In this document: one piece after another, positions 28,201-40,230 of the stretch | How positions within the stretch are numbered: position 1 is the stretch's first letter | Layout of the letters: each line of letters begins with the position of its first letter | Assembly (NCBI RefSeq): GCF_009914755.1 | Contig: NC_060931.1 | Reading direction: 5' to 3' (one strand) | DNA from: the human T2T-CHM13v2.0 reference genome, Homo sapiens | Length of the DNA: 64,000 bases | The notes under the pieces: generated by a model | What the model was told of the DNA's origin: nothing | What the model saw: only the letters and a program-made list of their open reading frames with translations | The model's database searches: none | Made by a program: the position numbers and the translations under genes

Positions 28201-29199
28201 GGGCAGTTCACAGGCACCCAGGCTCACCTCTATGAATCTGAGAATGGTGATGTGAGGTACATTAGCCTTGTGGGCGCCTGTCGTTTCCAAACATTGTGCA
28301 ACGGGATGTGGATTTGCCAGGCATGAGTTGGCAAGGGAGAGGAAAGCATCCATGATGATGCAGAGGCTTCTGGTCTGAGGAAGAGGATGCAGCACCACTT
28401 CTCTGGATGCAGGGGTAAGTTGCCTAGACTGAAGTGGGAGCCTTTGTAACTAGAGCAATATGGGCTGGGGCAGAAGCAGTTGAAGACAGAGGTCACTGAG
28501 CATGGCATCGATGGCTTTACCCATGTTTGAAGTGGCCTGAAGATCCTTTCAACCCCAGTAAAATAGAGAATGGTGATAAGGCCAGTTTGGGAACAATCAG
28601 ACATCTGTGAGATTAGCAAAAACCTAAGGCTCAGGGAACCTCTTAAAACCTCCCTACAGGAGAGTCGCCCCTTTTGGTCCTAGAACATAGGCCTGAGCCC
28701 GCCGACCAGACTTAAATGTGGGGAAGGCAGGGCAGCGTGGGGTCAATAGCTGCTTGCATGGCTACCTGTTGGCTTTGTGCCCTGAAGAAAGAGGAGATTT
28801 TATGTGTGGGCTGAGCATGAGGAGGGAGGCTGCCATCATTTTATAAAAGTTGTGTGATTATAAGCAAAGTGGGGAGCTGGGCCAGGGGAGCAAGAGTGGG
28901 TGGCATATGCTCTTCCTCTCAACACCCATAGCAGTCATGGCTAATCGGTCAAGGAGCTCTTTCCCATAGAGCCCTGACAGCATCCTTCTCAGCACAGGGC
29001 TCTGGGCAGCCTCTGACAGTCTGTCAGTACATGGGAAGACCTACATCTGCTCAACCCGATCTGGGCAATGGATGGCAGGGAAGGCAGGTAAGTCTGGGTC
29101 AACATGGCTGAGCCATGTATTTTGTGGAAAACTAAGAGGGTTGTGGCAACCATAAGTGTGATTCCAACACAAAGTTTTAGCTTCAGTGTGAAGGTGGCT

Positions 29200-29460
29200 T
29201 AACATTCTAACCAGTGTTGGCCTACTGCTGGAGACTGTGCTAAGTGCTGGTTCACAAAATTTCATTTCATCTTCACAGCAGCTCTATGGGGCTAGCTACT
29301 ATTACTAGTGCAGCATCTCCTACTCATGTTTACAGATGAGGGAACCGAGATCTGAAGAAGAGAAATGACCTATCCAAGTTCCCCCAGCTGGGGCCAGTTC
29401 TTCTGTTTCACCTAGAATTGGATGTTCCAACTCCTGGTAAGTATTCTTTCCACTGCCCCA
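29200..29460 (-). mobile_element. MIR SINE
   Basis: actgtgctaagtgct...tttacagatgagggaaccgag. Confidence 0.75.
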
Positions 29461-29552
29461 AACATATTTTGATTTGAGACTAGATTCTTCTGCTGTTTCC
29501 CAGTAAAGAGAATTTCCCCAAACATCTGTGCCATGTGATAGCCCCTTAGGGT

Positions 29553-29713
29553 CTTGAGTCTCCAAGTGTGGTCTTCAGATTAGTAGCATGAGCATCCCAT
29601 GAGCGCTTGGCACAAATACAGAGTGTCCAGCCCAATCCCAGAGCTCCCAAATCTGCATCTGCATTTAAACAAGACACCTTAGGATCCATGTGCACAGTGA
29701 AGTTTGAGAAGCT
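29553..29713. mobile_element. MER5A hAT relic
   Basis: ccaagtgtggtc...atctgcatttaaacaaga...gaagtttgagaagc. Confidence 0.75.
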
Positions 29714-29724
29714 TGACAAGGCAC

Positions 29725-29975
29725 CAGCCCTTCCAAGTGTTCCAACCTGGCAGAAAGGGTTCTACAGGCAAACAAGTTTGGGAAACACTGAATCCTATCC
29801 TGTTCTTTTACACATCAGCATCGTTAAAGGTTTGGAAGGGTCCTAAAGTAAATTTTTTAAACTTTGCTCAACCAGATGTTTTCCAAATTTGCTTGTACAT
29901 AGACTCTGGATTCTGTATGAATAGCATTTACTCATATCCCACGGATTTACTATTTAACAAAAAAGTTTGACATGT
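29725..29975. mobile_element. MER103C-like hAT relic
   Basis: caaacaagtttgggaaacactg with an inverted partner gttttccaaatttgcttg. Confidence 0.55.
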
Positions 29976-30334
29976 GGTCATAGACTAGCCAGATGAAACC
30001 CTGCTTGTGTGTGCACTAAAAATAATGGAAAGAAATGCACCAAAGATTGATCTAGTAATCAATTATTTATCATTCCCTTAAGATGACAGCAGCACTGCCA
30101 TTTTAAGGGCACCAATATTATAAAATGAAAAAAAAAAGCACTCAAAAAGGGAAAACAAAAGCAATCTGTGAGGGGAAAAAAAGGGTCATAATTTGGTTTG
30201 GGCAGGAGTGTTTGACCAATAGGAAAGTGGATGGAAGAATAGTTGTTTCATTAACCTATTGCCATTTCTCATAGCCTTACACTCATGAACACAAAGCAGC
30301 ATAAAATGGGATCAGAGGCTATTTTCTACGGACT

Positions 30335-30520
30335 AGTTTACATTAGTGATCTCATTTTATTTCTACAGCAAATCTTTAAGGTAGTTATTAGTATCCTCAT
30401 TTTACAGATGAAGAAACAGGGACTCAGGAAGATTTGGTCATTTGTTAAGACTTGTGCAGCTAATGAGCCAGAACTCAACCCCACACTTTGTGACTCAGGA
30501 GTCCAGGCCCTTTAGCCATT
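30335..30520 (-). mobile_element. MIR SINE
   Basis: tatcctcattttacagatgaagaaacaggg. Confidence 0.8.
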
Positions 30521-31164
30521 ACACGATTTTGTGCAGAAAACAGTGGAAGCCTGGGCCCCTGAAAGACTGTGCCTGATCTCAGCCTGGAGTCCTAGGAGAG
30601 GATGAGGGAGGCCAGCCTGTGAGCTGTTCTTGTGGATTGCCAATCCCCTTGTGATTGACATGCTCCTCATCACCAGCTCCAGTATCTGTCTCTGCTGCGT
30701 GGGCTGCTCTAGGGTCTGGGACATCACATGTCTGACTCAGCAATTAGCTTGTTGTACTTCATCTTCCCGCTTGCCTCCAGCTCCCCCCCGATTAATAGAG
30801 AGGAGCTGCTGCAGCCAGGCAGTCAGCCACTCCCACCTGAATGTGAAATAGATTACTGAACAAAGAAATGAATTGAGAGAATTGGGGAGCGAGGAGGGGG
30901 CCAATAGCTACATTGCCTGTTTTTAAGCAACAACTGCTTTTGAAGTCGCTGATTGCAGGAAAGGCCAGACCCAGTTTGGCCTAGTTTGGTGATCACTAAC
31001 TCAATTACTTAATTTTCAAGGAAAACATTTGCTCCGATAAATAAAAACAGAATAAACCACAAGACTTAACTGCCTCCTTTTAGTGAGCTTCAGTCCCAGG
31101 CCTGATTTGCAAAAGGAAAGCAGCTGGAGAGAAGTGCACTCGAGGTGGAGACTGATAGTGGAAA

Positions 31165-31350
31165 CAGTAATAACAGAAATAATCAGTATCAAGTTATCAG
31201 CGCTATTCTAAGAGTTCTACATATTTGAACCCATTTAATCTTCACATAAATCCTCTGAGATAAGCACAATTATTATCCCCATTTTCCAGATGATAAAACT
31301 GAGGCCCATATACTTCACATCATTTGTGCTTAAGGTTACACTGCTGGCAA
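31165..31350 (-). mobile_element. MIR SINE
   Basis: attatccccattttccagatgataaaactgaggc. Confidence 0.8.
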
Positions 31351-31354
31351 GTAC

Positions 31355-31465
31355 TGGTTAAACATCCAGAAGACAGACTCGGGACCCAGACTGCCTGAGT
31401 TCAAATCCTGCTCTGCTGTGGTTTTCTCACTGGAAAAACGAGGTGTTACTAGATGCCTCTCTGCC
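31355..31465 (+). mobile_element. MIR 5' part
   Basis: ccagactgcctgagttcaaatcctgctctgc. Confidence 0.7.
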
Positions 31466-32104
31466 AAACCTCAGTCATTTCTTAACACCTTCACATTCTT
31501 GGGCCAACTCTCATTCAACAAGTACTATGATTTTCTTAAAGCTTTCTGTGAGCTACCTGTTTTTGAAAGTTTAAATAACTGTATTTCAAAAGAAACACAT
31601 CAAAAAGTAGATTGAAAACTAGTATCTCTTATTTCAAATAGATGGTGTTTATGAAAATGAATATTACAAGAAAAAAATAGGATTACCTATATCTGAGATA
31701 CAGATCTTTTTCTTCCTTGTTACAAAGAGAGGTTAATAAGTGTTAGAAAGACACGGGAGATCTAGTGGCCCCAGTCTACAATTTTCCTCCTGGAAATAAT
31801 CAGAAGTATTGAAAAAGAACAGAACAGGAAATGCCTTGCTCAGGATCACAGGTCGGGAGAAATGTCGCATGGCTTGTTTCTCAGCTCTTTCTCCTACACA
31901 AGACTAAAACAGCATGGCAGAGGGCTGGCCCCCAAAAGCTTAAAGAGCTCTGTGTGGGCAGAGGTATCTGTAGCTGTGGTCAGGCCCCATCAGGTGGGCT
32001 GCGTGCCAAGCTTATAAAGAGAACTTGTGATGAGTGTACCATCTTTGTCCCATTCAAAAGGGATCTTCCAGCAAGGTGGCCCAAGCTCATCCAAGTAGTA
32101 CTAT

Positions 32105-32515
32105 GGTGGCAGTTAAGAACAATATATCCAGCCTGCCCTTCCTTTCAGGCATATGAGAGGATTACACTCTGGCCTCCACCATAATGTAACATAACACACG
32201 GCCGTTTGACTTGCTTTGGCCAATGAAATGAGAGGTTATGTGCTGCTTCCTGGTGGAGGCATTTAAGAGCAGGTGCACAATTCTACATGCTCTCTCCTCG
32301 GCTGAGACTGTGAGTCCTGGGCCTCACGTAGAGAGGGCAGCACGAGAAGATGGAAATTGCATCAGCCTGGGTCTCTGAGTGACCACTATATGGGGCAAAG
32401 CATTCCCCTGCCGCATCCCAGCTCCCTACTGACTCACAAGAACATCTGTATTGTTTTAAGCCACTTTGATTTAGGGGTCTTTTGAGACCAAACATAAACC
32501 ATCCTATGCTGACTG
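32105..32515 (+). mobile_element. MLT1I/J-like solo LTR
   Basis: gacttgctttggccaatgaaatg; cagcctgggtctctgagtga; ttgttttaagccact. Confidence 0.75.
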
Positions 32516-33994
32516 CTTGGGGATGAAGCTCTTACATTGGCTGCCAAGGCTACAGATCCAGGCCCCTGTGGTCTGGCAGGCTGTTTCTTGGAGCTGGCTG
32601 TCCCCTCCTTTGTCATAGCACTGCCTTTTCACCACCAGTGAAGCTGCAAATCCATTGATGCCTCCAGTACCATCTACAGCCACAATCCTGCCAACTCTGC
32701 ATATCAGGCTTCTACTGACCCTGGGGCCCTGAGCCCCCCAGTACCCCTAACCCTGGGGTACTGACCATTCACTTTGGTCACCAGCAGTTTTGTAAAATGA
32801 GACAGCTCCTTCCTATCTGTATGCTACCCTCAGTTAGGTGTGCCCCATAAGCAAAGGTGCTTGGTGTCCTCGGTGCCTTGGGAAAGCACCTGAAACATAA
32901 AGAAATCTGTCCTTCCCAAGTCACAGGGTTGTTGTGAATGTCACATAAGAGGGAGAGTTGTGTGAGAGTCTTGCTCCATGCTAAGCAAATAGGCGAGGGG
33001 TTCTAGGGATGATCTGCCATGTGACTGTCTGGGGTAGAGTGTCTGCAGAACATCTGCATTGGAAGCTCTCCTGGGTCCTTACTGAGTGAGAAGCACACAG
33101 CTTCAAAATTAATAATGTAACCGAAGCCTTTTAATTCCTTTAATTGAGTTACCCAGGAGGAGCAATGGGAGCACCTGGCTTTCTGCCCTCCAAGGGCTAG
33201 ACAACAACAAAAGGATTAAGTGTACCATTAAATTGCTTCTGGGCTTTTCCTAACCAGGAGCCTCCTCCGCCTAGTAAAAAGAGAATTTAAGAAAAAATCG
33301 GGGGAGGGGGAGATCGAACAGCAGATAAGATTGTGGAGGGAGATGTGAGGAGCAGAAAGGATAATTGGCCCTGAATGACAAAGGCCCCTATCCCACTGCC
33401 GAATATACAGTTGCTGACTACAGTGGGACTCAGAAATGAGTTCATACAGCTTCTTGCATGCTCAAAAGTTAGAATCTTGGGACTGAGGATGGGGAAGAGA
33501 GAAGCTGAGGTGCAGAGAGGAGAAGCAAATTGCCCAGGAGTGCGTGGCCTGGAAGGGGCAGAAGCAAGACTTCACTGAAGACTATTTGGCTCCAAAGCCC
33601 AGCATCCTCCACGGTTACCATGATTTCTCTGCCTCATGGCAGGGGTGAGGGTGGGTGGAGAAGTGGAGGGGAGTGGATGAAGACGGAAACTGGAGTAAGC
33701 AGTGGCCGACCCAGCTTGCCAGCCAGAGGCTCCTGGCCAGGAGGCACCCTGCCATGTCCCCAGTATAAATAAGGCTGACACAGAGGAAGAGGCAACAGAC
33801 AGGCAGAGGGCAAGCTGCCTACCCAAGGGGGTGAGGTCTTTGGTTTTACACATGCAGCCCCCTGTGCATGTACTTTTATGGCTGCTATCTTTTTATAGCT
33901 TGAGAATGTTATGTTCTGGGCAAAGTCCTCTCTCTAGGCCTGGCCTTGGTCTACTCTTCCTGACATGCACCACACTGCTCCATTTACAGCTTTG

Positions 33995-34270
33995 TTGAGA
34001 AAGTATTTGTTGAACACTTGTTATGTGCAAGGCACTTGCCTGCCTCTGGGGATGAATGATGAATATGGTTTCCTTGCTCTGGATGAGTGCCCAAGTTAAT
34101 AGGAGAGACAGATCATTTCCATTCAGACTGATAAGTGGTGTTATGGAGGGAAGCAAAAGAAAAACATCCGGCCTCACTGGGGTGGGGTTGGTTGGGGAAG
34201 GCTTCTCGGAGGAGGCATCAGCTTGGTCGAGTCCTGAAGGACAAGAGGTGAGGAGCAGAGGAGAGCATGA
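33995..34270 (-). mobile_element. L2 fragment
   Basis: tatttgttgaacacttgttatgtgcaaggcact...gggaaggcttctcggaggagg. Confidence 0.7.
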
Positions 34271-34429
34271 AGACGTCATGGTGGTGTGGAAGACAGGTCC
34301 TGAGTTCACTGCCATGGTATGAACGTACACCACATTTCCCTGTGTCTTTGTCTCTGTCAATCAGAATGCCTTTAATTTTGAGTTGTAGAATAGCCAACTT
34401 AAATAGGCTTAAACAATAAGTGGACAACT

Positions 34430-36520
34430 ATGCAGATGTAAAAAATGAAAAAGAGGCCATAACTACAGAGAGTAGAGACTTAAAAAATCTTAAGAGAAAA
34501 TGAAATGAAGTACTCAGTTTTCTAGAAAAATAGAAATGAAATTGACAAAGAAATAGCAAATCTGGATACATCATGAATAATTAATAGATAAAGTCTCCTT
34601 GGCAAAAAGAACATCAGATGGTGGGACTGGTATACAAACTGATAATTGAAAGCAAAGGGGGAAATAGACAACTAATTTTATAGTCTTCTTAACAACACTG
34701 AACAAAGAAAATACCAAGAAATAATTTTAGAATGATATCATGATGAACATATATGAAAAAAATTCTACATAAAATATTAGTAAATTAAATTGAGTAATGA
34801 ATTTAAAATATCTCAGGAATGTAAATATGGTTTAACAAAAATTCATGGAGTAATGGAAGAAAATTATATAATTTCCCCTGTAAATACAGAAAAAGAATGT
34901 AATAAAATTTCACAGCTATTTATGATATGAAATCCTTAGCAAGCCATAAATTCAAGAGAACTTCCTTAACCTGTCACAAACCAAGGGCAAATATTATACT
35001 TGATGGTGAAACTGTAGGCATATTTGTATTAAAGTCAGCAAAAACAAGGAGACCTGTTATTACCTCTTCTGTTCCATATTATAGTGGATTTTCTCACCAA
35101 TGCAATAGAACAAAGGAAAAATTTTAGATATAAAAAACAGTAGGAAGAGGTAAATTACTACTATTCATAGATTAAATAGAAAACCCAAGAGGATTATAAA
35201 CTATTAGCACTTTTAAGATCTTAATAAGATCAATTGATGCAAGATCAATATACAACGATCAGCAGTATCCATGTTTACATGAAACAACAAATTAGAAAAT
35301 AGACTAGAAATAGGCTTTATACCCACGAAACTATAAGTTGACTAGAAGTATATCTAACAAAAGACATGAAAATCATCTATGAAGAAAATGTAAAATGGTA
35401 CTGGATGACATGGAAGATAAATAGATAAAGAGGTATACCATTTTCATGGACAGACAGAATATTAATAAATCTCATAAAGATGTAAATTCCCCTCAAGTTC
35501 ATCTATGAATTCAATGAAATCACAAGTAAAAAACCCACACATTTTTCCCGTGACATGCCAGTTGATCCTAAAAGTAACATGGAAAAAAGAATGGCCTAGA
35601 ATTGCCAGGCACTTTTGAAGAAGAAAGTGTGGAAATTTTCCCTAAACAGTGATCAAGGCTTAATATAAAGCTCTCATAATAAAGACAATGTGGCATTGGT
35701 AGGGATGACACTAGAGAGCTATAAACAGACCCCCACAAATGCATGGAAGCATTGCCTGTGAAAGATATGGCATCACCAGTCACTGGGGAAAGGGTTTTCT
35801 GTTTATTGAATGTGCCAGGCCAGTTGGTTATCTGTACCAATAGAACTTGGATCTTTCCCTTAAAGAATACATGAAAATGCCTGTAATCCCAGCACCTTGG
35901 GAGGCTGAGGCGGGCGGATCACGGGGTCAGGAGATGGAGACCGTCCTGGCTAACATGGTGAAACCCCATCTCTACTAAAAATACAAAACAATTAGCCAGG
36001 CATGGTGGTGGTCACCTGTAGTCCCAGCTACTCAGGAGGCTGAGGGAGGAGAATGGTGTGAACCTGGGAGGCAGAGCTTGCAGTGAGCTGAGATCGCGCC
36101 ACTGCACTTCAGCCTGGGCAACAGAGCAAGCCTCCGTCTCAAAAAAAAAAAAAAAAAAAAAGAAGAATACACAAAAATAAATTCCAAATGAATTAGAGAT
36201 CTAAACATGAAAAGTAAAACATTGAGGGAAAAATGAAGAAAAAAATATTAACACAGGTACAGAAAAGAATTTCTTAAATAAAATACAGTTAGCAGAAACT
36301 ATAAAAAGTTTGATTAATCTTGAAAATGTGTTAAATTAAAATATTGTTATAGATAATGATACCATGAATATAATGAATGATATTTTATTTATATAGGGAA
36401 TTAGAAATGTGATGATATTTGTATGCACACAACCTTCAAAACATTAGTATGTAAATCATAAAGAACTCCTTATTAACAAATGCAAGACAAAAACTCTATA
36501 GAAAAGTAGGCAAAAAAATA
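34430..36520 (+). mobile_element. Ancient L1M ORF2, highly decayed, interrupted by AluY
   Basis: A-rich; attatacttgatggtgaaact, caagatcaatatacaa, ataccattttcatgga, ttccaaatgaattagagatctaaac. Confidence 0.8.
35877..36162 (+). mobile_element. AluY, slightly 5'-truncated
   Basis: Y-type features (tcctggctaac, agaatggtgtgaacc, gagcttgcagtgag); TSD aagaataca(tg/ca)aaa. Confidence 0.93.
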
Positions 36521-36521
36521 T

Positions 36522-36796
36522 TGTGGCAGAGATGGTGAACTTTCTTCTAGTATCCTTTTCCTCTTATTCCATGTGATAATAGAACACCTGGAGTTTTTGC
36601 TTACAAATGGCTGCCCTTCCAAAGACTACATTTTCCAGCTTCCTTGTAGCTAGGTGTGTCCACATGACTACATCTGGGCCAATCAGATGTTAGTGGAAGT
36701 AATGTGGGCATTTCCCAGTCAGGTATTTTGAAAAAGGCACTGTTTGCACAGCACTTGGACTCTCCCCACCCCCTTCTTGTAGGCTGGAATGCAGAC
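36522..36796 (+). mobile_element. LTR33 (ERVL) 5' part; short probable continuation at 37113-37145
   Basis: TGTGGCAGAGA start; aaagactacattttccagcttccttgtagctaggtgtg...ggccaat. Confidence 0.8.
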
Positions 36797-36895
36797 TTTT
36801 TTTTTTTTTGACATTAAAGCAAGTTTATTGAATTTGTATAACATACATTTTGAATTGTATAATAATGTTGGAAGGTTAGAAGCATGCATAATTTC
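36797..36895 (-). other. L1 3'-transduced unique sequence with its own AATAAA and poly(A)
   Basis: T13 at 36797-36809; TTTATT at 36824-36829; lies between the L1PB tail and the left TSD. Confidence 0.75.
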
Positions 36896-37112
36896 TTTTT
36901 ATTTATTTTATTATTTTATTTTATTTTTATTTCCATAGGTTTCTGGGGGAACAGGTGGTGCTTGGTTATATGAGTAAGTTCTTTAGTGGTTACCTGTGAG
37001 ATTTTCGTGCCCCTATCACCTGAGCAGTATACACTGTACCCAATTTGTAATCTCTTATCCCTCACCCCCTTCCCACTCTTTCCCCCAAGTCCCCAAAGTC
37101 GATTGTGTCATT
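36896..37112 (-). mobile_element. 5'-truncated L1PB1-like 3' end
   Basis: (TTTTA)n tail then ataggtttctgggggaacaggtggtg...taagttctttagtgg...agtccccaaagtc. Confidence 0.9.
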
Positions 37113-37148
37113 CAGACTTTATTGAAGGCTGGGAGTCATCTGGTGAAC

Positions 37149-37263
37149 TGAGACTGGGTTTCACCATCTTGGCCAGGCTGGTCCTGAACTCCTGACCTCG
37201 TGATCCATCCACCTCTGCCTCCCAAAGTGCTGGAATTACAGGCGTGAGCCACCGCGCCCAGCC
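37149..37263 (-). mobile_element. AluS left arm only
   Basis: gggtttcaccatcttggccaggctgg...tcccaaagtgctggaattacaggcgtgagccaccgcgcccagcc. Confidence 0.92.
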
Positions 37264-37994
37264 CACTGTGCAATTTTTAATGGCAGACACATCAGAAACA
37301 AAGATGTCAGAATATTTTTATCTAAATAGGTATTGGTGCATCCTAAAATGGGAAACTATTCAGTATTGATATTTATTGACATCAGTAAGTTTATTTCTAT
37401 TTTTTAAAAGAAAGCCTACAAGGCAATAATCAATCTATTGCAAGTTTGTGTATTTATGGTGGGCCTTTGTTTGTGTGGGTATAGGATTGCAGGATGAGGA
37501 ATTTTAGGGTGTCAACCATGAAAACTCAAGCTCCTATCAACCACAACAACCTTTCCCCCACTGGGAAGAGGTTACCTATGTCTCCCAGTCAATGAAATGG
37601 GTGGGCTGCACCTCAATCAATTGTGCAGGGAGAATGATTCCCTTGGTTTGACACTGAGGAGGTCTCTTACATAGCAGATGTGCTTTGCATGGAGAAAGAG
37701 GTGGACTTAACCAACTTAGTTGGGGCTAAAATGCTGATTTTTAGTTTTTTCAGTACATTTGAAACATTTTATAATTGATAAAGTTTTAAAGAAGTTATAA
37801 CAGAAAAACTTACATTTGAAATAGCAGCCAGAGACTTCAAAAACCAAGAGATAACCTTTATAAGAAATGTGTAAGATCGCTATGAAAAAAACCAGAACAC
37901 TTACTGAAGAGCTTAAAAGAGGATAGTTAAAATGAAATCTTATGCTAAAGCCCAATATATAGAATAGATGCTAATATTTGTTGTGCTAATGGAT

Positions 37995-38235
37995 AACAGA
38001 CTCCATTTATCAAGCACTTACTTATGCCAGACATCCAGCAAAGTACTTCACGCACGTTGTCTCATTTAATCTTCCAATAACCCAGCGAAGCACGGATTAC
38101 CATCATTCCTGCTTTGCATATGAGAACACCACAGAAGGTTGAGAACTCTGTTCAGAAGCAGAGAATTAGGAAGCCATAGAGTCAGATTTTAACACAGGAA
38201 TGCCTGGCCCCAGAACCAAGGATCTTTGCTGTGCT
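37995..38235 (-). mobile_element. MIR SINE
   Basis: catttatcaagcacttacttatgccagaca...tctcatttaatctt. Confidence 0.7.
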
Positions 38236-38518
38236 GCAAAACCTCTGTCATTTAAGTGAGGTGAGGTCCTGGAGATACAGCCAAATATAAACTTCACTAA
38301 TTCAGTGTTTCTCACATTCTCTTCTGTCTACTGTTCTGCTTTCAACTAATTTTAAAGATCCATTCTGTGTCTTTGGAGTTAAGCAACATAGGGGTGGCAG
38401 AAACAAGGTGAGACGACCCCAAGAGGGAAGATATGTCTGGGGCAAAAAAAGTGAGGGTGCTCCATGCTTGACCAGGAAAATTGGCTACTGGAGAAAATCC
38501 TTGAAGGCTCTGTGATTT

Positions 38519-38845
38519 GTTTGTTTGATTTGGGGGTTTTGTGGGATTTTTTTTTGGTGGGGGAGGACAGGATCTTGCTCTGCTGCCCATGCTGGAGTGC
38601 AGTGGTGCCATCATGGCTCACTGCAACCTTCGCTTCCTGGGCTCAAGGGATCCTCCCGCTTCAGACTCCTGAGTAGTTGGGACCACAGGCTCACACCACT
38701 ATGCCCAGCTAACTTTCAAATATTTTATAGAGACAGGGTCTCGTTATATTGTCCAGGCTGGTTTCGAACTCCTGGGCTCAAGTGATCCTCCCGCCTCGGC
38801 CTTTCTAAGTGCTAGGATTACAGGCATGAATCATCACGCCTGGCC
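38519..38845 (-). mobile_element. AluJ, full length
   Basis: Antisense dimer with J features; TGTGATTT on both flanks (38511 and 38846). Confidence 0.93.
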
Positions 38846-38889
38846 TGTGATTTAGTTTTGATTGACAGGTGATATTCTGCCCCAAACAA

Positions 38890-39100
38890 GGGGGTAAGAA
38901 ACTGTAGACTCCAACACACTGAGGTTCAAACCTCAGCTCTCCCACTTATTAGGTGTATGAACTTAGGAAAGTTATTCAGCCTCCCTGGACCTCAGTTTCT
39001 TTACCCAAAAAAAAAGGTTGTCAAGGTTATATGAGGTAATTCATGAATAGTACATAACAGAATTTAGCAGGTGGTAAGCCTGAGTTATCACTTACCTATT
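38890..39100 (+). mobile_element. MIR SINE
   Basis: ggttcaaacctcagctctcccactta...cctcagtttct. Confidence 0.75.
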
Positions 39101-39122
39101 ATCATCACTGTCATGGTCATTG

Positions 39123-39385
39123 ATTTTTTTTTTTTTTTAAGATGGGGTCTCGCACTGTTGCACAGGCTGGAGTGCAGTGGTACAAACTTGGCTCACCACA
39201 ACCTCCGCTTCTTGGGGTTCAAACAATTCTCCTGCCTCAGCCTCCCAAGTAGCTGAGATTACAAGCATGTGCCACCATGCACAGCTAATTTTGTATTTTT
39301 AGCAAAGACGAGTTTTCACCATGTTGGCCAGGCTGGTTTTGAATCCCTTTTGAGTCCACCCACCTCAGCCTCCCAAAGTGCTGGG
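39123..39385 (-). mobile_element. AluS, 5'-truncated
   Basis: Antisense Alu; 14-bp TSD tgtcatggtcattg (39109) / tgtcgtggtcactg (39386). Confidence 0.92.
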
Positions 39386-40049
39386 TGTCGTGGTCACTGT
39401 CACCATCATACTTTAGTGCCTAGACACCACCAGCAGCACCTCAAGGCTTCGGTCTTCCTGCTGCTCTGGTCCAGCTGGTCAAGGTCCCCTCAGCAAGGGG
39501 CTAAGTGGATTTCTCATTCCCTACGGCTCATGATGGACCAAGGCCCTGGGAAATGCCCACTGCATCAGGCCCATGCACAGATCTCACAACTGAGAGTTGT
39601 TTGTGGAAGGCGGAATGAGAGACTGATGACTCAAGATAAGATAGGCAATCAGCTCCGACTCGCCACTGCAGACTTCTAGTCTACTTGTAAAATGAGTCTT
39701 GTCATTTATTTGACAGTCCCCAGGATTTCACAGAGGGGGAGGGACAAATAAAGCCAAGCCCCCAGCAGAGTGTTCCCAGTAGCCTCAAGTGTGGAGTTTG
39801 CTGTTCTTGGGGCCCCAGGACTTGGTTGAACCTCTCAACATCCTGGCTGTCTCCAGGCTCTCTCCATTCATTTCAGCCAGTGTTTGTTGAATGCCTTCTG
39901 GAAGGGATGACATCAGGGCAGATTTCCTCTTTAGTGGCCAGCAAAGTATTTCTGTTTCAAATAAATTCAACCTGGTTCCAGAAATTTACCTCAGAGCAGA
40001 AATGTCCAATCTGTACCCCTCTGACCACCTGCTGCCCTTTTGTCTTCTG

Positions 40050-40230
40050 TTCACTAAGTGGTCAGGATCACAGGCTTTGCCAGGAAAGATCTGGGTTCAG
40101 GCCACTCACGCACTGTGTCACCCCAGTCTTCACCTCATTCTGCTACCAGTTTCACAGGATTCTGATTGTGATGGATCAATCAGATGGTGCATGTAAAACA
40201 TCCAGGACTGTGTGTGCCTCATTAAACTCA
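40050..40230 (+). mobile_element. MIR relic
   Basis: agtggtcaggatcacaggcttt...ctgggttca...catgtaaaaca. Confidence 0.55.
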
